Source: Leptogorgia sarmentosa (lineage: Eukaryota). Taken from it: 64,000 nt of DNA. Positions 49,744 through 62,354 of this stretch are shown one piece after another. The position numbers and the translations under genes are program-made. The stretch is from NCBI GenBank assembly GCA_964658305.1, contig OZ210885.1, positions 6,138,001 through 6,202,000 on the forward strand, given 5' to 3'. Numbering within the stretch: the first letter of the stretch is position 1; each line of letters starts with the position of its first letter. The notes beneath the pieces are model-generated. The model saw only the letters and a program-made list of their open reading frames with translations, was not told the DNA's origin and did no database searches.

Positions 49744-51532
49744 ATCCCGCATCAACAAAAAACTCAAGTCACTAAAAGATCAACAAAAACTTGACACAAA
49801 AACCTACCTTAAGATCCGACCATCTGATGCTACCACCGCCCGCTTCTACGGATTACCTAAGATCCACAAACCGAACGTACCACTACGCCCAATCGTCTCT
49901 CTACCTGGATCACCCACATACGAACTCTCGAAATACCTAGCCAGCATCCTCAAACCACTCGTCACAACATCTACTCATTCCATAAAGGACGCCAACACTT
50001 TCCTCGACCACATAAAAGACCTCAAAATCGAACCTGACGAGACCATGCTATCTTTCGATGTTGTCTCCCTTTTCACATCCATCCCTCTACCGACGGCCAA
50101 ACGCATAACCAAGGAGCTCCTATCAACAAACTCTACATGGACAAGCAACACACAACTAAGCCAAACCGACATACTAGACCTACTAGACCTGTGCCTTTCG
50201 ACCGAATTTCAATTCGAAGAAACATTCTACCGGCAAACCTCGGGCACACCCATGGGCTCACCCCTCTCCAGCTTCCTCGCCGAAGCCGTAATGCAAGACC
50301 TAGAACGACAAGTCCTCGCAAACAACAAAGAAGTAAAACTCTGGGACCGCTACGTTGACGACGTAATGTCCATCGCCAAAACACACCACATTGAAAACCT
50401 GTTCCACACCATCAACAACACCACGGACGGCATTATGTTCACAATGGAGAAAGAAAAAGACGGACAACTCGCATTCATGGACGTTAATGTAACAAGAACG
50501 GACAACGGATCGATCAAAACAGACGTGTACAGAAAAAAGACCCACACCGACCAAATACTAAATTATAACAGCAACCACCCAACCCAACATAAAGTAAGCT
50601 GCCTCAAAACACTCCTCAACCGCATAGACACACATTGTAGTACAACGGAATCTAAGAAAAAAGAACTCGATCACCTCTATGAAACCTTTAGAAAGAACAA
50701 CTACCCAAAACATTTTATCGACTCCGTCCACAATCGAAAACAACAAAACCGAACGCAGGACACAAACACCGAAGAAAACAACGAAAGACCCACCAAACGA
50801 ATAACTCTCCCATACATCAATAAGATTTCCGAGACAACAGCAAGAATATTAGAAAAACATAATTTGAAAGTAGCACATAAACCCACAAACAAACTCAAAT
50901 CCTTCTTCACGTCTCACAAAGACAAAACCGATCACCTTGACAAACACAACGTTATATACCAAATTCCATGCCAAGACTGCGAAAAGGTTTACATTGGCGA
51001 GACATCAAAAACTGTCAAATCACGCATCACGGAACACAAGAACGCTATTAAACGAGAAGACCCACTATCCCTGCCGGCTGCCCACGTCATCAACAACTAT
51101 CACAGATTTGACTGGACGAAAACAACAGTACTGACCCAGGCTAACACGAGAGAAGAACGTGAGTTAAAAGAAGCATGGCATAGCCGTCAAAAACCTGCGA
51201 TTAACAGACACATTGATATCCCTGCCGCGTACCAACCACTTCAAAAACACCACGACATCAACAGAGGATCAAACACCAAACACAACCAACCAATCAACAC
51301 CGTCCAAAACCAACCAATCAAAACCGTCCAAAACCAACCAATCAACGCCCACCAAAATCAACCAATCACCGATCAGACCAACCAACCAATCAGACGCTCG
51401 CTACGCCTACGTAATCAAGCACGCATAAAAGCATCCCACCTCGAACATTCCCACACAACCTGACGAAGACTTGAAGCACCAAGTTGAAAGCTTGTGAAAC
51501 ACAAAAACTTTAATCCGGAGAACACTTTTCAT

Positions 51533-51538
<6 letters not shown>
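49744..51538 (+). mobile_element. Penelope-like element: reverse transcriptase plus GIY-YIG endonuclease, 5'-truncated, uninterrupted frame
   Basis: FYGLPKIHK, SFDVVSLFTSIP, GTPMGSPLS, RYVDD, VYRKKTHTDQ, VIYQIPCQDCEKVYIGET; stop at 51461-51463; ends in (TA)n. Confidence 0.97.
51452..51497 (+). ncRNA. Putative hammerhead motif in the Penelope pLTR (mirror copy ~48996-49041 on minus strand)
   Basis: CTGACGA-a-GACTTG aagcac CAAGTT-GAAAGCTT-gtg; palindromic AAGCTT stem III; weak stem I. Confidence 0.5.
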
Positions 51539-51582
<44 letters not shown>

Positions 51583-51809
51583 TACTTTCTTAAACATATA
51601 AGCTTTTTGAACAAACATATATATATTTTTTGTTCATAGGTAAAAACACAATGCAACTTGCAAATGCCACTCAAAGACAAGCTTTGCGTTATGATCAGGT
51701 CTGAGGCTTTGAAAGCACCAATTAGTTGTGGACCGATACCGCAATTCAGATGACGAGTAATAGGATACTGTCAGAGGTAATTAAAGTTCTGCAAAGCAAT
51801 GAGAATATT

Positions 51810-52560
51810 CCTTTTTATTTTTTCCCGGTCCGGTTGCGTGGTAAATGCTCCAATCTGATTGGTTCGTGAGCGGTCCGGTTTCTCCCATCCGGACCGCTCA
51901 ACCGGACCGCTAACGGCCCGTTACAAAAATATAAACAAAGTTTATATTTTTTGTGAAAATCGATATTTTGTTGCATGGAAATCAATAATTTATTATAAAA
52001 TGTATAGCGACGAAGAAAGTTTTCATAGTGAAAGTGAGTTTTACTATCCAGAAGAGGAAAACAACGGAAATATCGCAAATGTTGAAGTTTTGCAGAGTGT
52101 AAACAATGTCTACGACAACAACTTTAACGAGGAAATCTAAAGCGTATTTTAACCATGTTTCTATCGTGAAACAACCGGGAAAATAAATCATTTTAACAAG
52201 TTTACCTTTTTCATCGTAATGTTGAGTGGAAATGCGTGAATTAGAAGAAAATGTGTCAATATTGAAGGGTTTTTCCTCATTTCGTCTTGGCTGTTTAGCA
52301 GCCATACTTGCAATAGAGTAGCAAAGTAAACAAACAAACTGATCTCAAAATCTAGTTCGCAACACTGGAATTTTTGACGAATTTTATCATAACATCGAGG
52401 AAAAAAAAAAAAAAAGTTATTTACCATTTAGGTCGGTCCGTACTGGAAAATATTTTGTCTCGGTCTCAAAAACGTCCCTCGGCCTTCGGCCTCGGGCCGT
52501 TTTTGAGACCTCGACAAAATATTTTCCAGTACGGACCTCCCAGCTGGTAAATAACATATA
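51810..52560. mobile_element. Non-autonomous element with a large terminal hairpin (Crypton-like)
   Basis: ctgattgg and ggtccg/cggacc motifs at left; ~140-bp imperfect hairpin at 52416-52555; family call from recall only. Confidence 0.5.
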
Positions 52561-52569
52561 TGTGTTATC

Positions 52570-53560
52570 TAACAACACTTCCCCAAAGGTTTTTGCTTGT
52601 TCCATGGGTTTGTGATAAAAGCCTTCGAATGTGGAAGTACAAGTCCAACCCGCTGATTTTATTATTTCTTGTAAGTTTAGTCCCTGCTGTTTTGTGTGAG
52701 ACGCGCAAGCCGCTCTACTGCTGTGGGCTGTGTATTTGCCAACATCAAATCCCGCTTGTTCCAAAACCGTCTCAACCCACCTAGAGATGGTTGCTTTCGT
52801 AATTGGTTTAAAAGGTTTTACATACTGTAGCTCAACAACAACTGTGTGTTCAGATCCCGTACGTCTCGAGTTCTTTTGAGATACTCCTGCAAATGTGTCA
52901 CGACACATGGTCTCGATTGTTTTAGTTTTTGTTGTATTGTTATTCGGTATCTGTCTTAAATGCCTGAATAAAATTTATGTCAAACTGATGTATAGTCTGT
53001 CTGACATCTCTGCGCTATGAGGAGGTTGAGACGCATGGTTAGTCTGAGAGAGGGTCCCTTCAAATCCATTTCCGATCCTCCCTGGGTAGACCTTTATAAT
53101 TTTACCCGGAAGGATATCGTTAGGACAGATATATGAACCATCATCGGGATCATTGGGAATATGACCGATGGGCCGCTCATTGATAAGGTTTGCCACTGCC
53201 AAAAAGTATGTGTACAATTCAAACGGCACGAGTTTTTGTTCACCAATAGCCTTTTTTAACGCTCTCTTGCAGCATGATTAGGCTGAGAAAGAGTCCCTTT
53301 AAATCCATTTCCGATGCTGGTTTGAGAGTTGTTAAGTATCTCAAGACGATATCAACCTTCCAAATTTCTGTGTATCTTGGTAACGTTGGTCGCAGTTTGA
53401 ACACACCTTTTAAGTATCGACAAACGAGAGGGTGTTCTCCGCAGTTGGTCCCGTGCATTAAGGGTAGGATTGATGATAACACAGATTGCGCCGTGTTCAG
53501 TGCACTGTAACCTAGTCAAGATTCAAATAATAGGGTCAGAAATTCGATACCTCACCTAAA
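52570..53560 (-). mobile_element. DIRS tyrosine recombinase remnant in two pieces
   Basis: GEHPLVCRYLKGVFKLRPTLPRYTEIW (53300-53480); TISRWV...YTAHSSRAA...IIKSAGW...TFEGFYHKP (52570-52830). Confidence 0.85.
52960..53240 (-). mobile_element. BEL/Pao integrase fragment
   Basis: ELYTYFLAVANLINERPIG...DDGSYICPNDIL and GKIIKVYPG. Confidence 0.7.
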
Positions 53561-53619
53561 CTCAGGTTAAATTTTGACAGTTGGTTAAGGTCACAGTATT
53601 GTTCCCACTTGTTGAAATA

Positions 53620-54189
53620 TGGTTGCCTAACGTTCTTAAATTTAAACTTTTGGAACACAACCCAACTCCGACTCTAGAGGAAATGCTCTCCTTCACCCAA
53701 CACTACTGTGCTGTCGAAGGATATGTCCAACCTGGTAGTAGCGATGTGGCCGCTGTTCATTCAACCGCAGCAACAGAACAGTCGCAATTATCACAACTGC
53801 TCAACATGGTGGCAGGTATCACCGAGAAACAGCAGTCCCTCACTGACCGGCTGGCAAAGGCTGAACAAGCGAACAGCAACAACCAGAATGATCGTCCTGG
53901 TTGTCGTCCTGGCATGTGTTTTACATGTGGACAAACTTGCCATTATTCTCGTGACTGCCGACGCCAGCCTATAGGACCTCCAGTTCAACGTACACCGAGC
54001 AGTTTCTCCTGCGGCCAGCTCAGTCATGTTTCACGATGAGGGTCAAACGGTTATGTTAAAACGACCTAAAGGCTAGAAGTTTGGTAGGAAGTGGGTCGGG
54101 CCTTACAGAATAGTAAAACGGTTAGGGGTCAATTACAAAATAACATCTAGGTGTGGTGTGGAAAAAGTTGTTCACCACGATCAACTTAA
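53620..54189 (+). mobile_element. Internally deleted Gypsy: gag with CCHC knuckles joined to integrase tail
   Basis: KLLEHNPTPTLEEM...CFTCGQTCHYSRDC, then RKWVGPYRIVKRLGVNYKI...VVHHDQLK, related to the integrase tail at 3490-3600. Confidence 0.8.
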
Positions 54190-54640
54190 AGGGGAACTCC
54201 ACTCCAATAACAAATTAGGTTTAAATGGAAGATAATACCCTAAATGTATTGTTCCTGAAGTTTCTCGGCCCAAATCGTTATAGTACAGTAGTAATCGTTC
54301 GGCAAAGTTCGCAATTTTTTCATATTTTGACGCCATGTTGTTCTTTCTCGTGCAGGCGCGAATTTGGTCAGCGTCATAATTTTTGACGTCATTGAGTGCT
54401 TCACGCATAATTGCAATATTATAGTGTCACAGAATAGTATTTTATAGTCATGGACGTTCATGTTTCAAACGCCTCGAGCGACGATTCCATAGTAATATGT
54501 TACAAGAGGGGGAAATCTTAGGCTACCAATTCGAGCCAAGACGAGATGGCAACAGCGAGAGTGACGAATCAGGTGGAAATATGTCGATTGACGAGGATGA
54601 AGCGAATGTTCGTTTGGGGGGTTTCGATTTGCTGATGAAT
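54190..54640 (+). mobile_element. Kolobok-like transposon end
   Basis: TTAA|AGGGGAACTCC terminus; ILGYQFEP...acidic...RLGG, resembling the start of the P2X7-C-terminal-like accessory ORF. Confidence 0.55.
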
Positions 54641-55261
54641 AAATAATGTTGTGTAGTAATGTATAAAGGTATTTGAAATTTGAATCAAGCCTTTATATTC
54701 GGTCAGTTTGGGTAGTATTAACCTCTTTAATATGAACAGCTTGATTGGCAAATTGTATTGTAAGTTTAGGGTGACATGACATAACTCTCAATTGCCCATT
54801 CATCGATAAGTGTGCAGTTTGTCAATAACATCCTGTTTGGGTGGTCGAGGGAGTGGTGCTATATTTATACGAATTCGGATTCTAACATAGTGTTTTTAAA
54901 TTTTGTGTACAGAGAGATTGAACGTGTCAATACAACTCAAAACAATGTTTTCTAATCGAAGGTTCAATGCATGGGTGGTGCCATAACAATAGATCTTTTT
55001 GAAGACAAAACAAACCTGTCACATATCTGGCGTGGCGGTACAAAACTAGGGCGTTTGTCCGCATTCTCACACACTGACGAGCAGAGCGAAAACGATTGGA
55101 AAGCGCATCATAGAATGATGAACTTAACAGCCATCATTTACGAAAACACATGATGAAAATAAGTGATTTAGCCGACTGTACAATTTAGAACGATGCAAGC
55201 GGCTATAGCGCCTAGGTCTGTCTTAAATTTTCGTTTTATGCATTAACTTTAGATTCTGGAG

Positions 55262-56030
55262 ATGATTTATGCAACAAATCATTGGAATTGGTGGATTTAC
55301 TTAACCTATCTTTCAATGATTCATGCCCAATGTACAGGCAATGGGTTAAATAGCTGTTCTTGTAATTTCATCGGTACTTGCATATGGAATGCTAAGAAAA
55401 ATGTCTTTGCACCTTTCACTGGAGGGAATTTACAAAAATTTGTTCCCAAGGTGAAGTCTTTTGCGGCAAGTACCAAGGTTGCAGAAATTTGTGAGCCGGA
55501 AGACATTGGCGTTTTATATGACTGTGCAAATCGTATTCCTTTAGCCTCCACGGCCATTTTGAGTAGTAGTAAAGAATACTTATCTAGCCATTTAGTCAGA
55601 TCAAACCATTTCAGACAAAATGTTTTCATTGGAAAAATCTTTCAGCAACATGACACAGATTACGAAGTAAGTTTAAATTGTGCGCCAATGTTACGAAGCG
55701 TCCAACTCAAAATATCATACTGAACATAATTGGTGGAGAAGCATGCTAAAGCGAGCATTGCACCCTACTCATGGAAAAGATTGAAAAAGATATGCGACAA
55801 CAAAATCTCCATTCACAGAGGTCATCTTTTTGCTGCACAATATAGACCCGGCCGTGATACATTCGTATTCACCAATGCTTTTCCCCAGTTTGGAACAGTC
55901 AACAGCAGAAGTTGGAACCAACATGAAAAGGCAATGAAACTCTGGGCGAGACAAAACTGCTAAAATTCTCCTCTTTATATCATTGTCGGCGTTATTCTGT
56001 CAACCTGTGGATGCAACGATCCCAGATCCC
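55262..56030 (+). pseudogene. Secreted DNA/RNA non-specific endonuclease (Endonuclease_NS, ENDOD1-like)
   Basis: Hydrophobic N-terminus; LYDCANRIPL; HRGHL; TFVFTNAFPQFGTVNSRSWNQHE; YIIVGVI; internal stops. Confidence 0.8.
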
Positions 56031-56606
56031 TATCCAACAACTAAGTGCAACATGCTATGGTTTCAGCACAGTCTATGTTATACTATGTTGTTTGTATCCA
56101 ACGACTGAGTGCAACATGCTATGGTTTCAGCACAGTCTATGTTATACTATGTCATTTGTATCCAACGACTGAGCGGAACATGCTACAGTTTCAGTCTATA
56201 TGTTATACTATGTGGTTTGTATCCAACAACTGAGCACATGCGCTATGGTTCCAGCACAGTCTATGTTATACTATGTTGTTTGCATCCAACAACTGGGCCC
56301 AATGTTGGTTTCAGTCTATATGGTTATACTATGTCATTTGTATCAAACGACTGAGCGCGATGTGGTATGGTTTCAGCACAGTCTATGTTATACTATGTCG
56401 TTTGTATTCAACGACTGAGCGCAATGTGCTATGGTTTCAGTCTATATGTTATACTATGTTGTTTGTATCCTACAACTGACCACAACGTGCTATGGTTTCA
56501 GCACAGTCTATATGTTGTACTATAGGTCGTTTGTATCCGACTGAGCGCAATGCGCTATGGCTTCAGAACAGTCTATACGCTACATTATGTTGTCTGTATC
56601 CAATGA
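56031..56606. repeat. Tandem array of nine diverged 58-68-bp units
   Basis: Consensus tatccaacgactgagcgcaacatgctatggtttcagcacagtctatgttatactatgttgtttg. Confidence 0.95.
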
Positions 56607-56694
56607 CAGGGAGGTACATCCCCCGAATTTATTTGGAGGCTGCTGCCACCATCAGAGTTTGATACAGGTTTGCTGTGGTACTTGGATGGTGATA

Positions 56695-58240
56695 CAAAGG
56701 TTTATCACAACATCATAGAAACTGTTGCATTGGGAAGGGAAATAGATATCGTTTACTTAGATTTATCTAAAGCCTTTGATAAGGTCCCACATAGCTTACT
56801 ACTTTTAAAACTGAACAGTTATGGTATCTCAGGATCTCTTCTCTCGTGGTTTAGTAGTTATCTCACGGGCAGACATCAAAGAGTTGTTCTTGATGGCGCC
56901 TATTCTGACTGGCTTCCAATAACATCCGGTGTCCCCCAAGGTTCCATACTTGGTCCGCTCCTGTTCCTTGTCTATGTCAACGACCTCCCCAGCTACATCA
57001 ATTCCCAATCAACCATTGCTCTGTTTGCCGATGACTCTAAACTTTATAAATCCATCGATCTTCCTGACTCAACCCTTCACCTCCAAAACGACTTGAATAA
57101 CCTTCATAAATGGAGTCTCGACTGGGCGATGAAATTTAACAACTCCAAATGTCAAGTACTACGGGTCTCGAGAAAGAAGAAGAAGATTGTATCACAGTAC
57201 CATTTGGACGGCCAACCTCTTCAATGTGTTCCATTCGTCAGAGATCTTGGTGTGACTGTTTGCAGTGACATGTCCTGGTCAAGACACATAGAAGAAATGG
57301 TGGCCAAAGCCAACAGAACACTCGGACTTGTAAAACGAATTTGCAAGGATACCCATGACCAAAGAGTGAGAAAAATATTATACTGCGCTATCGTGAGGCC
57401 CATTCTAGAATATGCCAGCAGCTTATGGTCACCTTATACCATGAAGCATAAGAGACTAGTCGAAAATGTCCAGCGGAGGGCAACGAAGTTTATTCTCGAC
57501 TATCCACAGGACCTGACGTATGCCGACAGACTCGTGAAGATCAAGATTCTCCCTCTTGAGTTCAGAAGAGATATCTCCGACTTATGCCTACTTTTTAAAT
57601 CTAGAACTGGAGCTATTACTACTGATGTGAACAAATATATATGTACTTTTGAACCTGGATACCAATCAAGAAATTATGATAAAAACAACTATAATCTTAT
57701 AATTAAACACAAGCAGGACTATTTTAGAAATTCTTTTTTCATTAGAACAGTTGAACTATGGAACACTCTACCGTCTCACGTCAAATCCTCCAATTCTTTA
57801 AGTATTTTCAAGTCTTATCTTCATAAGGTGTATTCTACCAAGTTATCGCATTACGTACCTCCGGGCACTGCGTGATCAGCGTCTACTGCATATTTACTAA
57901 TATGAATTTTATAAATTGACGCGTAATTTCCAAATTGATTTCGAATGATTCATAATTGTAATCTCCATAGTGTGTAAGTCTCAGTGTGTAAACGTTCAAA
58001 CCTTAGCTAGTATAAGTTGTTACTACTAATGTGTTATAACTTGTAACTATATTTAATTCTGCATGTATTTTACGTTCAACGTCTTTTTAGGGTTAGGTGT
58101 CAATTGGGACGAGAGTCCTGTTCCTTTTCCCTGTCACGACTTAATTGTATCTGTCTTTATTTGTCTTAATTAGTTTGTATCATGTATAAAGTGACAAATT
58201 CATTATATTATATTATTATTATTATTATTATTATATTATA
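56695..58240 (+). mobile_element. 5'-truncated CR1/Jockey-group LINE with open RT frame
   Basis: YLDLSKAFDKVPH, SGVPQGSILGPLLFLVYVND, LFADDSK, VRPILEYAS, VQRRATK; stop at 57875; UTR and (TAT)n tail. Confidence 0.93.
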
Positions 58241-59216
58241 CCTTCAGCATCTCGTTGGTTGGCAGTTCAAGATACCATCATCCAAAATCTTTAAAATGCA
58301 AATGTTAATCATTCAACACATGGTACACTGTTCACTGAATGTTCGATGGAATAATGTAATAATCTTTTAGAGGACGCCCATTTTAAAGATATCACACTAA
58401 TGAGTGGTCTGTCACTCATGTAGTTTATAGCAACAATATCTATCCACTGAGGAAGCAAGCTAGGAGTAGTGTATTTTGAGAAGGACGAGAATGAAAATAC
58501 TCAGCTTAAATAATAGAAAAGTAGTAAAAGCCATTATAAAATTGGGGGAAGGGGGTGAATATTGTGGCCCACAGACTTTCAAGCGATAGGTAAGTGTAAG
58601 CTTCAATGAAAGTTGGTCAATTGTGGCATAAAATCGGCCATGTTTTTGGCGACTCTCTTCAATAGCGAGGCCACTGGTAAAATTACACAACTTCATCTAA
58701 CTATAAGTATACAGATCCATTTAAGCATACGCAACCTTTGCCAACATATTTGAATGACAATTCATCTATTACGATATGGGTCTAAAAGACAATTTGGCCA
58801 ATTTCCACAGTTGAATTCTAATCAAAACGAATATAAGAATTTTTCAATTCTTCATTCTTCTCCCACTGTATTATGTTCCTGTTACTTAAGATTTTTTTGT
58901 AATAGTCAAAATTAGTTGGGCTGTCATAGTGCACAATATGAGACTTGGGATGTTCTATTCTCAAATGTCAAGGTTAGGAAATTGTCACAAAGTGTGAAGA
59001 ATTACAAAAGTAAATTAAATTTTGTTAGCAGTTACACACAAGAATAGCTTCACTAATTTATGGTCGACCTAAAAAAGACTGAAGACAAGAGATGAAAATA
59101 TCATTTATTTTTGCAATTGCTACAAAACTCCTGTGATGACATTCCACAGTTTGATGCATTGAACAGGTGCTAAGATCATCGAACAACTGGGTTGTTGGCA
59201 GAGTCATACTGTTATC

Positions 59217-59666
59217 CGAGGGGTAAATTACTCTGAAAATCGTACACTTCGCGAAAAATATCAAAAAGTCTTTCAAAAAATCCCAAGAAAAATTGCAGAG
59301 ATTTTTTATCCGAAAAAATCTTCGTACGCTTTTTTCAGACTAATTTACCCCTCGTCATCGTTAGTGTTTCATGCTGATTACTCTTTCTCCATCCCTGTTG
59401 GAAATTTTCCCACAATGGAAAATCCAAAACGTTCTTAAGAACACATTGACTTGCTTGTTTTTTTAAATCGATTATATATCGCAAAAATATGCGGAAAAAA
59501 TTCGATGGAGAAGAAAATGCTGGAAAAAAACTTCGAAGAAAATCTCAAAAAAAATCCCAAAGTCCCTGAAAATTTGGCAAAAAATCCCAAAATCCCAAGA
59601 AAAATTGCAGAGATTTTTAATCCAAAAAAATCTTCGTACGCTTTTTTCAGAGTAATTTACCCCTCG
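59217..59666. mobile_element. MITE with 8-bp TSD and a duplicated right end
   Basis: 23-bp TIR CGAGGGGTAAATTACTCTGAAAA; TSD CTGTTATC at 59209-59216 and 59667-59674; extra internal right end ending at 59355. Confidence 0.88.
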
Positions 59667-61154
59667 CTGTTATCTTCCACAGCAGATTCGCAACTGTCTG
59701 CTACATTCTGCTTCAAACCTATTGGGAGAGAAATACCCTAGTATTCTGTGCTAGTTGAGAATCTAATTTGAGTTCCATGGTAATCATCCTTAAATTGAAG
59801 AATCTTTCAAGCCTTAAGTGCTGTTTTTTCTTTTTTTACATCCTGTAGTATACAGACCACACAATATACAGAACTGAATGTAATCGTTTATGTTTATGCA
59901 GCTTTATTATTTTAGAAATAATTCATCATCTCTGTTCAGTAGAACACAATTACAACATGTCATAATTATGTCATATACTGAAAACTGATATACAACATTG
60001 ACATAATTTGTTTGTATATTGAAAATTATATAACATTATGATTATTATCAAATATCTTAACAGGTGATACACTTCATATTTATAAACCAGTATAAAATTG
60101 CTATCAATATGATATTATAAAAAAATAGAGCTCCTAACTTATGCTGCTAATGCCAAAGCCAAGAAAATAGAGATTGCTTCATCATGGAAAGGTTTTTGTT
60201 TATAATGCGAGCATTTAGGCTAAGCCTTGGGCTTCCGCAAACAACACAAACCTCTGCTCTAATGGTTCAACATATCTTACTCAACCTCATTCAATAATTG
60301 TTGAATACAATATATAAAATCTTTAAATAAATACACATAGACAAATACTTATAACGTAAATTACCCTTGCATTCATAATTTGCAGTTAATATATAGTACA
60401 AACAAATGTAGAAATTTTCAAGGCATCAACAAATAACAGTTTCACTTTGAGCTGTTTCCAGCGATAATTTTTGTAAATTTTGCTGCTCGGTTTGCTGTTT
60501 TCCCTGTTTCTGACAAAATAATTCTATTATCTGACAAAATGTTCGTGATTTTGCAGGTTAAAAATGTATTATAATCGCACAATTTGACGAGTTGTTACCA
60601 AATAATATTTGGCAAATATACTGATCACAAAGGTCAATAAAATTCGTCTACGATTACTAAATAAAATCACTAAATTACAATTAAATATAACCCAATTGTT
60701 GTTGCGTATTCTACAAGCACTTTTCTAACAAAATTTAAACGTTTCTAAGCGACTAATGTACGATAAACTAATTTTACTTTATAAAATTACTGCCGATAAA
60801 CAGAATACTCAAAAAGGCTGCTCTAAAAACTTTCACCATCACGCATGCGCGAACGGACGGGTACGAACGAACACGAACGTCCGTTTCCGACTATTCACGA
60901 AGAAAATTATATTGAATTATTTGCGAGATTATTTGAACAAAATAATCAATTTCTTAGAGCCCATTTACACTGTAAAGGCTGTTTTCCACTTCAACCGAAT
61001 CATGCCGAAACGTAGCGTTTGTGATTGATTGCTGAGCAGTGGATCTGTTGAGATTAACACAAAAGAAAATGCTCCGTTCCGTTCGTTCCGTGAAGGGTAG
61101 GGTTAGGGACAAATAGGGACATATATACATTATACTGTATAGTATATACAGATA

Positions 61155-61927
61155 CAGGGTGTCTCAAAAAAAGGTAATCCAACTTTGGCATGCCATTGTG
61201 CGTTAATTACTGGGTGTACGAACGTGATTTTTGCATGGTCATAAAGATCAAGGTCTTAACAGTTGAATGACATATTTGTTGTACGATATGGAAGAAAATC
61301 AGGCAAATGCGAGCGTGTTGAAAAATCTCGGTGAAAAACGCATTCTTTCACCTCTGAGAATTGCAGCTAAACTTATTCAAAATTAACTCCCTCTGGGACT
61401 CGAAGATGACGACCTTCCCTTCAACATCGACCTGATTATGCATAATTATTTATAATCCTGATAAAATCTTTGTTACCATGACACATTCGCGATGAATTGC
61501 ATTTTTCTTTTGTTATGCACTGCTTTAATCAGGCACAGAGGTGAAAATATACAATTTCGACCGTCAATTTTAATCGCTCTCATTATCTCGGTGAAACGGT
61601 GAATAAGCTAAAATTTAATAACACTCTCACAATTCTTGTAAACATACGAACTTGAATTTCATGCACTAAATACGTAGTGGCAGTCATAGTTGTTCAGTTT
61701 TGTTGTTCAGTGAATGAATAGACTTTTTATTTTTCAGTTTATCCACCGTTTAGGTCAAACGGGCTTCGTACAACCGGCCCCTGCTTTTCTCATAATGACA
61801 CAAAAAACATGTCATTCAACAGCTGAGATCCTGATCTTTATGACCATGCAAAAATTACGTTCATACACCCAGTAATTAACGCACAATGGCATGCCAAAGT
61901 TCGATTACCTTTTTTTGAGACACCCTG
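61155..61927. mobile_element. Tc1/mariner-type MITE
   Basis: TA|CAGGGTGTCTCAAAAAAAGGTAATC...GAGACACCCTG|TA; ~120-bp TIRs; TA TSD. Confidence 0.9.
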
Positions 61928-62354
61928 TACTCCTATGCTTATGAACAAATAATATGAGGCCAAGAAGGGCTTGTATTCATAAGCCTCCGTAGCCCTCGAC
62001 TGCATCATTTCTTCTATTTGCACCGTTCAATCAAAAGGTGTAATGCATATACACAAAGGTGCTATAAACGAAACAAGAACCCTGTCTTGCCAAAATTGAG
62101 CAAGGACCACTATAAAAAAACAGCAAACCGAGTTGGTTGAAACAACCAACCAAATTTTGTTGATTCTTTCAACCTTTTTCAAAATGCTCAAAGGTATAAA
62201 ATTGTAGATATAGTCCCAGTATAATTATTAAAAAGAAAGTTCAAGTCTAAAATACCTAAGACTGCAGAGTTGGGCACTTTTCGACGAGATCTCGGCTGCG
62301 GAAAATCTTGAAAATCCGGGTGCGGGTGCGCAAATAGGCCGCTGAGCGCACCAT

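Noticed and set aside
56031..56606. CRISPR-like array
   Set aside because: The entire unit repeats with no unique spacers, there are no cas genes, and the context is eukaryotic.
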